Assembly (NCBI GenBank): GCA_963774955.1
Contig: CAVZGV010000004.1
Span: 3,522 to 67,521 of the forward strand
DNA from: Candidatus Falkowbacteria bacterium
GTDB taxonomy: Bacteria > Patescibacteriota > Patescibacteriia > CAIXNZ01
DNA: 64,000 nucleotides
Direction: 5' to 3'
Shown one piece after another: positions 1-9,600 of the stretch. Both the position numbers and the translations under genes were made by a program. Below the pieces are notes generated by a model. The model saw nothing but the letters and a program-made list of their open reading frames with translations, was not told where the DNA came from and searched no databases. How positions within the stretch are numbered: the first letter of the stretch is position 1; each line of letters opens with the position of its first letter.

Positions 1-14
1 AGAAGGAGACTCTT

Positions 15-626
15 ATGAACATTGATACACAAGTCCACGAGCTATTTGACTTTGCACTTTCCCGCCGCAACATGGTTCGCGGCAGCGTGGTCGCAGGTTC
101 AGTTGCCATGGCAACAACTGCTGGGCTGAGCAAAGCATTTGCACAGGATCTCACCGATGTTGACATTCTGCAATTTGCCTTGACACTCGAACATCTTGAA
201 GCACGCATGTACAAAGAGATGTTGGCAAAGAACATTCTCACCGGCAAGGATCTGATGTACATGACAAGTTTTGGAGGTCACGAAGCCGCCCATGTCAAAG
301 CCATCAGTGACACACTCATCTCCTTAGGCGCAACGCCAGTTGCACCCAAAGACAACTACAACTTCCCCGAGTTCAATACACGCGAAGCGATTCTCCAGTT
401 CGCCAAGGTTGCCGAAGACACTGGCGTAGGAGCCTATCAAGGCGCAGCCGCTGCCATCAGCAACAAGGCAATTCTGGCAGCCGCAGGCAGCATTGTCCAG
501 GTCGAAGCCCGCCATGCAGCCATCATCAACATACTCTTGGGAATCGACCCCGTTCCAACCGCAGTAACCAATAGCTTAACCATTGATCAGGTGAATGCTA
601 TTGTTGGACCGATTCTTGGCGCATAA
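15..626 (+). CDS. Ferritin-like domain protein with twin-arginine (Tat) signal peptide
   Basis: RBS aaggagac 6 nt upstream. N-terminal SRRNMVRGSVVAGSVAMATTAG is Tat-like. DVDILQFALTLEHLEARMY and EARHAAII motifs are typical of the ferritin-like (Ferritin_2) family. A paralog lies at 4941..5615. Confidence 0.7.
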   Translation: MNIDTQVHELFDFALSRRNMVRGSVVAGSVAMATTAGLSKAFAQDLTDVDILQFALTLEHLEARMYKEMLAKNILTGKDLMYMTSFGGHEAAHVKAISDTLISLGATPVAPKDNYNFPEFNTREAILQFAKVAEDTGVGAYQGAAAAISNKAILAAAGSIVQVEARHAAIINILLGIDPVPTAVTNSLTIDQVNAIVGPILGA

Positions 627-672
627 AGCAAAGAGCGGAATCCACACAAGATCGACCTGATTCAAGAGGAGA

Positions 673-1986
673 TTGATTATGAAACAACTATCCAGACGCG
701 CAACGATGATCGTTAGCTCAAGCCTGGCGATTTCAATACTTGCAGCAGCCTGTACCATTAGCTTTAAACCTGCCGAAATAACGATTGATGTTCAACCAAC
801 GGCTGTAGCAGAAATGGCAACACCTGCTACCGAAGCCATGTCAGCCGAAGCCCCGGCCATGCATCATGAAATGGTGATGAGTGCAGCCATGTTACGAGCC
901 ACACTCGACACACTCTTTGGCGAACATGTGCTGCTGGCAGCCGACGCCACCGATGCCGCATTGCACGGTCGTGAAGCAGAATTCACAGCCGCCGCCGATG
1001 CACTCGACCACAATTCGCAGGATATCGCAGCAGCCATCGAACTGGTCTATGGCAAGGATGCAGGCGACGCCTTTTTACCCTTATGGCGCAAGCACATCAG
1101 CTTTTTTGTAAACTATACGATTGCTGTTTCTGCCAAAGATGAAACCGGCCGCCAAAAAGCATTGGATGATTTGACAGGCTATGCCGAAGATTTTGGGGCT
1201 TTTCTGGCTTCTGCCAACCCGAATCTGACGGTCGAAGCAGTCAAGGGCTTGCTCGGACCGCATGTTGGCACGCTGACCGCGGTCATAGATGCCCAGGCAA
1301 TCGACGACTATCCAACTGCTTTCATGCACCAACGCGAAGCTTACATGCACATGGATATGATTGCCAAAGCGCTTGCCGGTGCCATTGGGCAACAATTCCC
1401 CGATGGATTCACTGGTGCAGCCGATTCAATGGGCGCAAATCTGCGTTCGACACTGAATCTGCTGTTGGCAGAGCATGTGAGTCTGGCGGCAACGACCACC
1501 AGCGCCGCCATCAACGGTCGCAGTGACGAGATGACAGCCGCCGCCGATGCGCTGGATAACAACAGTGTTGACCTCTCACTATCAATCGGAGCCGTCTATG
1601 GCAAAGATGCTGGCGACGCCTTCCTGCCACTGTGGCGCAAGCACATCGGTTTCTTTGTGGATTACACTACAGCAGTTGCCACCAAAGATGAGGCAGCCCG
1701 CATGAAGGCAGTGGATGACCTCACAGGCTATGCCGAAGATTTCGGTGCTTTCCTGGCTTCTGCCAACCCGAATCTGACAGTTGAAGCCGTGAAGGGCTTG
1801 CTTGGACCCCATGTTGGCACACTGACCGCAGTCATTGATGCACAAGGTGCTGACAACCACGAAATGATCTATACGCATCTTCGTGAAGCCTATGCGCACA
1901 TGAGCATGATCGCCAACCCACTCAGCGATGCTATCATCGCTCAGTTCCCCGATATCTTCGGCGATGAAGAAGCCATGATGCGGTGA
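673..1986 (+). CDS. Secreted tandem-repeat protein with two copies of a roughly 185-aa His/Met-rich domain (uncharacterised)
   Basis: Signal-peptide-like N-terminus. Two internal copies of GEHVLLAA...FLPLWRKHIGFFVDYT...YAEDFGAFLASANPNLTVEAVKGLLGPHVGTLTAVIDAQ...HM.MIA, each preceded by a Met-rich stretch. Confidence 0.6.
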   Translation: MIMKQLSRRATMIVSSSLAISILAAACTISFKPAEITIDVQPTAVAEMATPATEAMSAEAPAMHHEMVMSAAMLRATLDTLFGEHVLLAADATDAALHGREAEFTAAADALDHNSQDIAAAIELVYGKDAGDAFLPLWRKHISFFVNYTIAVSAKDETGRQKALDDLTGYAEDFGAFLASANPNLTVEAVKGLLGPHVGTLTAVIDAQAIDDYPTAFMHQREAYMHMDMIAKALAGAIGQQFPDGFTGAADSMGANLRSTLNLLLAEHVSLAATTTSAAINGRSDEMTAAADALDNNSVDLSLSIGAVYGKDAGDAFLPLWRKHIGFFVDYTTAVATKDEAARMKAVDDLTGYAEDFGAFLASANPNLTVEAVKGLLGPHVGTLTAVIDAQGADNHEMIYTHLREAYAHMSMIANPLSDAIIAQFPDIFGDEEAMMR

Positions 1987-1987
1987 G

Positions 1988-3500
1988 ATGGATCACAGCA
2001 TGGAAATGACCGGCACGATGGAAATGACTGATACCATGGAAATGACTGACACAGAAGAAATGTCAGGCGCGATGGAAATGGAAGAAGCACGAAGTGTCGC
2101 AGTGATGAGTGCAGGTCAGCTCCGTTCGACACTCGATGGGCTCTTTGGCGAACACGTACTGCTTGCAGCCAATGCCACCGACGCTGCTTTGCACGGTCGC
2201 AGGATGAGTTCGCAGCCGCAGCCGCAGCGCTTGACCACAATTCCGAAGACATTGCTGGCGCTATCACATTGGTCTACGGTGCAGAAGCAGGCGATGCCTT
2301 CCTGCCATTGTGGCGCAAGCACATCGGTTTCTTTGTGGATTACACCAATGCAGTCGCTACCAAAGATGAAGCAGCCCGCAGCAAGGCAACGGATGATCTC
2401 ACAGCCTATGCCGAAGATTTCGGTGCTTTCCTGGCTTCTGCCAACCCGAATCTGACAGTTGAAGCAGTCAAAAGCTTGCTCGGACCCATGTTGGCACACT
2501 GACAGTAGTCATCGATGCCCAGGCAATCGACGATTACCCAGCCGCATTTATGCACCTACGTGAAGCATATATGCACATGGACATGATCGCAGCCGGTCTG
2601 GCAGGTGCAATTGCTCAACAGTTTCCCGAAACATTCCCTGGCATGGCAGATTCTTCTGCGGCAGGGTTACGCTCCGCACTCAATCAGCTTCTGGCCGAGC
2701 ATGTTGCGTTGGCAGCCAATGCCACCAACGCCGCTTTGGGTGGACGCAACGATGAATTCGCGCCGCAGCCGACGCACTCGACGCCAACAGCGTTGACCTG
2801 TCGAAAGCTATTGCTTCGGTCTATGGTGCAGAAGCAGAGCAATGCCCTTCCTGCCCTTGTGGCGCAAGCACATCGGTTTCTTTGTCGATTACACCAATGC
2901 AGTCGCTACCAAAGATGAAGCAGCCCGCACCAAGGCAACGGATGATCTCACAGGTTATGCCGAAGATTTCGGTGCTTTCCTGGCTTCTGCTAACCCGAAT
3001 CTGACAGTTGAAGCAGTGAAGGGCTTGCTTGGACCCCATGTTGGCACATTGACCGCAGTCATCGATGCACAAGGTGCCAGCAACCCCGAAATGGCATACA
3101 TGCACTTCGTGAAGCCTATGCACACATGAGCATGATCGCCAATCCGCTCAGCGACGCCATTATCGCTCAGTTTCCCGACATCTTTGGCACTGAAGACGCA
3201 GCCATGATGCAGGATATGGGTCAGATGGACGAGATGAGTGATATGGGCGAGATGCACGAAGACGTAGTCATGTCGGCTGCAATGTTGCGCTCCACACTCG
3301 ACCTCTTGTTGGGTGAACACGTAGCCCTGGCAGCCAGCGCAACCGACGCCGCCTTTACACGGTCGGGGTGACGAGTTTGCAGCCGCAGCCAATGCACTGG
3401 ATGGCAACTCGGTTGACATTGCAGGTGCCATTGGACTGGTCTACGGTACAGACGCAGGCGATGCCTTTCTGCCACTGTGGCGCAAGCACATCGGTTTCTT
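1988..3500 (+). pseudogene. Frameshifted copies of the His/Met-rich repeat domain (a disrupted gene or sequencing/assembly errors in a repeat)
   Basis: ORF fragments 1988..2455, 2269..2502, 2550..2918, 2842..3129 and 3126..3371 all encode pieces of the same domain in different frames. Confidence 0.5.
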
Positions 3501-3501
3501 T

Positions 3502-4551
3502 GTGGATTACACAAACGCAGTTGCCCAAGGGGACGAAGCTGCTCGCCAGAAAGCATTGAATGATCTTGATGCCTATGCCGAAGACTTTGGTGCCTTTATC
3601 GAATCTGCCAATCCAAATCTGCCCAAAGCCGCAGTTGCCGAACTTCTCCGCCAACATGTCGCCACCTTGACCACGGTCATTGATGCACAGGGCGTAAAGA
3701 CAGCTCAGGAATCAGGCGACCAGATGAATGCCTATCCAACATTGCGCACAGCCTTTGCGCACATGGATATGGAAGCGAGCGCACTGGCAAGTGGTATTGC
3801 CACCCAGTTCCCGGATCGTTTCCCGGGTATGGTTGACACCCCAGCAGCCGGGTTACGTTCGGCACTGACACAATTGCTCTCGGAGCATGCACTACTCCTG
3901 ATCAAGACCATCGATGCCGCAACTCATTCCCGCACCATCGAGTACGAAGCAGCCTTTGCTGCACTCGACGCCAATAGCATTGATCTTTCGAAAGCGGTTG
4001 GCTCGGTCTATGGCGACGACGCAGGAACAGCCTTCCTGGGTTTGTGGCGTAAGCATATCGGTTTCTTTGTCGACTATGCGCTTGCACTGATTGACAACAA
4101 CGATGTAGCCAAGGAAAAAGCCGCCAACGAACTGACTGGATATGCACAGGACTTTGCAGCCTTCCTTAATTCTGCAAACCCTGACCTACCAGCCGATGTT
4201 GTGGCAGGATCGGTGACCGAACATGCCAAGACCACACTGGCAGCAATCGATGCCACGGTCATGGATGACCCAGCAGCGTATTATGCAGCATTGCGCACCG
4301 CCTACAGCCACATGAGCATGATCGCCAACGGACTTAGCGATGCCATCATCGCTCAATTTCCCGACATCTTTGGTGTTGAAGAGCCAGTCGCAATGGCAGG
4401 TCATGACATGGCAGAAATGACAGCCAGTGAAGAAATGACTGACACCATGGAAATGACCGGTACGATGGAAATGTCAGGCACGATGGAAATGACCGATACC
4501 ATGGCAATGACTGACACGATGACTGACACGATGAGTGACAGAGATGACTGA
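3502..4551 (+). CDS. His/Met-rich repeat-domain protein copy with C-terminal Met-rich tail (MEMTDTMEMTGTMEMSGTM...)
   Basis: 349-aa ORF homologous to the units in 673..1986. The MxM/MEMT tail resembles Cu(I)-binding Met motifs. Confidence 0.55.
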   Translation: MDYTNAVAQGDEAARQKALNDLDAYAEDFGAFIESANPNLPKAAVAELLRQHVATLTTVIDAQGVKTAQESGDQMNAYPTLRTAFAHMDMEASALASGIATQFPDRFPGMVDTPAAGLRSALTQLLSEHALLLIKTIDAATHSRTIEYEAAFAALDANSIDLSKAVGSVYGDDAGTAFLGLWRKHIGFFVDYALALIDNNDVAKEKAANELTGYAQDFAAFLNSANPDLPADVVAGSVTEHAKTTLAAIDATVMDDPAAYYAALRTAYSHMSMIANGLSDAIIAQFPDIFGVEEPVAMAGHDMAEMTASEEMTDTMEMTGTMEMSGTMEMTDTMAMTDTMTDTMSDRDD

Positions 4552-4822
4552 AGAGATGACAGTCGAAGTAGCCATCTCGACCTTCAACTTCAAGCCAGGT
4601 CGAATTGAAGTGCCAGTCGGCACCACCGTTGTTTGGACCAACAATGATGCCATCAATCATACAGTAACCTCGGGTGAACCGGGCGCACCAGATGGCATCT
4701 TTGATTCCGGCAACTTTAATCAGGGCGAACAGTTCTCGGTTACCTTTACAGAAGCGGGTGAATATCCATACTTCTGTAACCGCCACAATGGCATGCGCGG
4801 CGTAATCGTTGTCACACAGTAA
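4535..4822 (+). CDS. Cupredoxin (plastocyanin/amicyanin-like type-1 copper) domain, possibly the C-terminal domain of the upstream repeat protein
   Basis: HTVTSGE ... YPYFCNRHNGMRG gives His...Cys-x2-His-x2-Met type-1 Cu ligands. The Met-rich linker MTEMTEEMT continues across the frame change from ORF 3502..4551, suggesting a frameshifted fusion. Confidence 0.75.
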   Translation: MTEMTEEMTVEVAISTFNFKPGRIEVPVGTTVVWTNNDAINHTVTSGEPGAPDGIFDSGNFNQGEQFSVTFTEAGEYPYFCNRHNGMRGVIVVTQ

Positions 4823-4834
4823 TTACTATCCAGA

Positions 4835-4865
4835 CATCGGTAGGGTTGTGAAAACCCTACCGATG
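4835..4865 (+). terminator. Perfect 12-bp stem hairpin (catcggtagggtt/aaccctaccgatg) downstream of the cupredoxin gene
   Basis: Inverted repeat seen directly. No strong U-tract follows, so this is a stem-loop and possible terminator. Confidence 0.45.
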
Positions 4866-4940
4866 CAAATAACAAACTCATTTTTCAATCATCAACAATA
4901 TCATTCATCCAGAATGCCCAGTTTGGGCAAGGAGAATCTA

Positions 4941-5615
4941 ATGAAAAACACACTTCAAACTTCTGAACTCAGCCGACGCAACTTTCTCAAGACCAGCGCA
5001 GCCGCACTTTTTGCAGCGACCATGATCGGAACCCGGGTCATGTCTACCCCCGCCTTTGCCCAAAACAGCGTAACCGATCTCGACATTCTCAACTATGCGC
5101 TGACACTCGAACATCTGGAATCACGAGCCTATAAGGATGTCAACAATCTCGGTTTGCTCACAGGCAAAGCCAAGGAATACTTTGTAGAGATTGGCAATCA
5201 CGAAGCAGCCCACGTAGTGGCACTGACCGGAACCATCACCAAACTTGGCGGCACACCGGTTCGAGCCCAGGAAAAGTACAACTTCCCGACCTTCAAGACA
5301 GAGAAAGAAGTACTTGAATATTTCCAGACTTTGGAAGAGTTGGGTGCGGCAGCCTATTTGGGCCAGGCAGGAAACATTCAGGATAAAGATCTGTTGACCG
5401 CAGCCGTAAGCATTCACAATGTTGAAGGTCAACACGCAGCCGTGTTGGCAGACCTGACCGGCAGAGAACCATCCCCCGCCTTTGCCCAGCCCAAGACAAT
5501 GGACCAGGTGTTGGTCGTGGTAAAGCCGCTCTTGAGCAGTGCGCCCGCTGCCATGCCCCGCACCGGGCGTGGTGAAAACAGAATTTCGCCCGCATTCCGC
5601 AGCGCAGGCTGGTAA
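4941..5615 (+). CDS. Ferritin-like domain protein with Tat signal (paralog of 15..626)
   Basis: RBS aaggagaa upstream of MKNTLQTSELSRRNFLKTSAAALFAAT (RR motif). DLDILNYALTLEHLESRAY and EGQHAAV motifs. Confidence 0.7.
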   Translation: MKNTLQTSELSRRNFLKTSAAALFAATMIGTRVMSTPAFAQNSVTDLDILNYALTLEHLESRAYKDVNNLGLLTGKAKEYFVEIGNHEAAHVVALTGTITKLGGTPVRAQEKYNFPTFKTEKEVLEYFQTLEELGAAAYLGQAGNIQDKDLLTAAVSIHNVEGQHAAVLADLTGREPSPAFAQPKTMDQVLVVVKPLLSSAPAAMPRTGRGENRISPAFRSAGW

Positions 5616-5752
5616 TCACCTTGCCGTTACCTTTAAGTCACGCTTTCTGCTCTGTAAAAAGTGTGACTCGATACAGCGCATCAGCATCATAAAGAGTCCG
5701 GGCAACGTTGCCTGGACTCATTTCTTCTCAATTCGCCCACTTTACAATCACA

Positions 5753-6556
5753 ATGAAAACCAGACACGCACTTATCACATTTCTATTTTTAATGATTGCC
5801 ATGGGTAGCACAATCGGCGCCAATAGTGTTGGTGGTCATGCCGCAACGGTGACGCCGACTGCCACAGCAACCCGAATCCGCCATGTCACAATCAAGCCAC
5901 GTGCGACAGCCACACCCGCTTTCACTGCCACGGCAACTGTAACGGCTACTACAACTGTAATAGTGCCCTCGGCGACAGCCACGCCAGTTTCTGGCTTGGG
6001 TGGTTCTATTGAAGCCACGGTTCAAGCCTATATCGACCAAACCCGAACCGTAACGGGCAGCCAGTCGCTCTCCGCCGCTGTGGTGGCAACCAATGCACAG
6101 CCGATTCGCCTGGTCATTCCATCCTTAAAGGTGGACACGCTGATTGAAACTGTAGGGCGCGATAAAGATGGTGCGATGGACATTCCGAGCAAGGTGGAAG
6201 ATGTGGCATGGTATGGATTGGGAACGGCACCGGGCGAAGTCGGCAACGCAGTGATCGCCGGCCATCTCGACCTGGTGGATGGCTCGCCTGCCGTCTTCTG
6301 GAATATCGGCAAGTTGAAAGTCGGCGATGAAGTGATTGTCTATGATGCCGACAACGTGGCGTATCATTTTCAAGTCACGGGCAATCAACGCTACCAATTT
6401 GATGGCGCACCGGTCGAGGATATCTTTGGCTTTGCGTTGAAGAGTCAGCTCAATTTGATCACCTGCGCCGGGACGTCGAATCGCAACAGTCGCAACTATT
6501 CGAATCGGCTGGTCGTTTACACTGAATTGGTAAAGACAGTTCAACCGAAAGAGTAA
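5753..6556 (+). CDS. Sortase-family transpeptidase
   Basis: N-terminal TM, Thr/Ala-rich linker, conserved sortase His (AGHLD), LITCAG catalytic Cys motif and a downstream Arg. Confidence 0.8.
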   Translation: MKTRHALITFLFLMIAMGSTIGANSVGGHAATVTPTATATRIRHVTIKPRATATPAFTATATVTATTTVIVPSATATPVSGLGGSIEATVQAYIDQTRTVTGSQSLSAAVVATNAQPIRLVIPSLKVDTLIETVGRDKDGAMDIPSKVEDVAWYGLGTAPGEVGNAVIAGHLDLVDGSPAVFWNIGKLKVGDEVIVYDADNVAYHFQVTGNQRYQFDGAPVEDIFGFALKSQLNLITCAGTSNRNSRNYSNRLVVYTELVKTVQPKE

Positions 6557-6657
6557 TTTCTTTGCCTATGTATCCTTTAGGCAGGGAGAAAGCGTCAATG
6601 ATAGCGATGAAGGGATGACAGGATGATATCTCCGCATCCCTTCATCCCTTCATTCTT

Positions 6658-9600
6658 TCATCGCTGAACCATCGGCAAGAAAACAAACTTCAGCGGCATA
6701 AGAATTTGCCCGTTGGATGCACTGGCGTTGGGGTTTACAACCTGCACCAACCCACCTTTTTGTAAATCGGCATAGCTGACCGCAGCCGTCGCCACATAGG
6801 CGTTGACAACTGTAGTGGTACGGACAACGCCATTTATGCGAATCTGCGCTCCGTTGACAAAGTCGCTGCCGCTGACCACCAACTGCAACGCACCACTCGA
6901 ATCCACATAAAGACTGCTCACCTGCGCAATTGCATTCTGTCCAGCCGCAAGAATCGTAAAATTCTTTGGGGCAGAATCGTCCACACCTGGCGTTTGAATC
7001 GTCACCTGGGGCTTGCCCGCAGATGTTACATCCGCCGCACGGAGGTGGATCAACAATGTATTGTCATCTTGCACCACGGTTTCGCGTGGCTCGCCATTCC
7101 AGGTTGCCAGCGAAGACGCATCTGCCAACGTGGAGAAGCTGAATCCCTTCACCGTAATCCACTGTTCACCGCTGCCTGCCGCAATCGAAGCTGGCTGGAA
7201 ACCGCTGATGGTTGGCTGTGCGGGCGAATTGGCAGCGGCTACGTTAAACTTGACCGGCTTCGACGCTTGGCTGGCCTTTATGTCGGCAGCCACAACATCC
7301 ACAACATCCGCCACAACTGCACTATTGACAACTGAGATGACCAATGGACCAGGTTCACCAACATCGCTTGCTGCCAACTCTGCCAGCAACATCACGCTAT
7401 TGACATAGGTCGTTTTAACGGGGGAAGCCATCGAGCAACGCCTGACTTTGTGCTGTAAAACCAGCCCCGTTGATGATCACATTGAGTGGTTCACCGCCGT
7501 AGTTGGCAGCGGCCGGACTGAGACTTTCCACCGACGGGATCGGCGCGGCATTGGGCGCAGTGATCGCCAATGCTTGCGCAACGGAATCGCCGCCGCCGGG
7601 AGCGGCTGTGCGCACCAGTACATTCGCCGAACCTGCGTTGACAATCAGCGCAGCCGGCACGGTTGCCTTCAGTTGATGATCACTGACAAAGGTGGTCGCC
7701 AAGCCTGTACCATTCCAAACGACAGTGGAATTATTGTAAAAGCCTGCGCCATTGACAGTCAACGTAAAGTTTGCAGCGCCGGCTTCGACCGAAGCTGGCG
7801 AGATATTTTGTAGCAGAGGTGCACGACGCTGACTGCGTAATTGCTGTATCGCTTTGCCTTCAAAAAGACCGGTATAAACATTCTGGTCATCCTGGTTGGC
7901 AACCAGATAGCCGCACCGTCCATTGCCAAATCCGCTTGATTGGGGATTGCCGAGAGCTTGCCGTTGAGCAGATTGCGGGCATAAGCTTTGACGCCGTCCC
8001 CCGTCCACAGCGCCACCAACAAACGGCTGCCTTCGGCGTCGTGGCTGATCGAAACGTGATACGGCCCATCGCCCACCGCCATCGCTTCCACGGGTGTGAG
8101 ATAGCCATCAGTGGGATTGCGTTCGAAGATCTGCACTGCATCGGAGTTTAAGCTTGCCACATAAAGTTTCCATCCGGGCTGACAGCAATTTCGATGGCTC
8201 CATCCGGACCAGAAATCCCATTTTCGCCGTTGCGGTAATGGGTGAGATAGCGCAGCGTGCCATTGCTGTTGCGGCTAAAGACGACCAACGCATCATCGTC
8301 ACGCGCTGCCACGTAGACATTTTTCCCGTCCTTGCTTGCCAATACCCAAAGGCACCGCCCAACAGGTCAATGCCTTCAATGGTGCGGGTAAATTTCTGTG
8401 AATAATAGAGCGTGCCGTTGTCAGCGTTGCGTTGCAGCACGGTCAGGGTAGCATCGCTATTGCCCGTGACATAAAGATTCTGGTCATCCGGGCTGATGTC
8501 GAGCGCCGGGCAGAATTCATGGCGTCAATTGGGCAGAACTTGAGAATCGGAAAGTTGCCATTGAAGGAGATGCCACAAACATAGGTTGTGCCAGTGGTAA
8601 TCACCTGTGTCGCCGAGAGCGTACCATTCGATTCGACCGTGGCAACGCCAACCCCTGCACCACCGGAGCTGGAATAGTATACATTTTTGCCGTCCGATGA
8701 ATAGCGAATACCAGTGATCGTGTTCATATTGGGCTGGCTAAACTTATCTGTCAGACTGGCAATACCCGTTGTAGGATCAGAGACCGTATGGACAGCAATT
8801 TCATTATTTTCCCAATGTCCTGCCAACAGTTGCTTGCCATCCGGGCTAAAAGCCATCCCCATGATCTGGCGTTGCGGCAGTTCGGCGTACTTGTTGCTCA
8901 TTGCCAGCGGCTCGGGAAAAGCTGGCGGCACAGACTCGCAGGAAATATCATATTCCAGCAGCGGGTCGGTTGGATCGTTGGTAGTAATGACCAGCGTGTT
9001 GTAGAAAAGTCCCGCTTCGCTCGGCGTGCAGCTAATCTCAATCTTCATCTCGCCACCGGGAGGAATGGTGACATTGGCTGCTGTGCCGGCTGCATTCACC
9101 CCGCACCTACAATTAACAACAAACTTGATGGTTTGCGCCGGGCATCCTTGAGATTGACCGTGGCTGCCATCGGGTTTGCGCCTTGATTGCTGATGGCAAG
9201 CTGAGTTTTAGCGGTGCCACTGGGTGGCGTCGAGCCTGTGCTGATGGGTCCCGGTGGCTGGCTGCGCATAATAATATTCGGGATTGCTGATCATTTTGCA
9301 CGAGATCGGATAGCGAATTTCCGGCTTGTCGGGCAGGTCGGTTTTTAATCAGGATCATGCCCTCCTGCCAGCCCAGCGAAGTTGGCGTACAACTGAAAGT
9401 CAGCTCCTGCGATTGATTGCGCCCCAAACCACCACTGGTAGGGCCACTTTCCAATGTGTAGGTGCCACCGGCATCATTTTCAATCACCATTGACCAGGCG
9501 ATGGAGCCGCCGCCTTTGTTTTTGAGTACCAATTTCTGGCTGCTGCTCCATACCTTGCCAAAGACTGTCAAAGGAAACTGAAAGCCTGCGCCTTCGGGCT

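Larger units (their letters stand above)
673..4551 (+). repeat. Tandem coding repeat array, about 7 units of roughly 555 bp, of the His/Met-rich domain with near-identical DNA segments
   Basis: FLPLWRKHIGFFVDYT-encoding DNA recurs near 1070, 1620, 2290, 2850, 3460 and 4030. Met-rich linkers (MEMTDTMEMTG...) recur between units. Confidence 0.8.
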
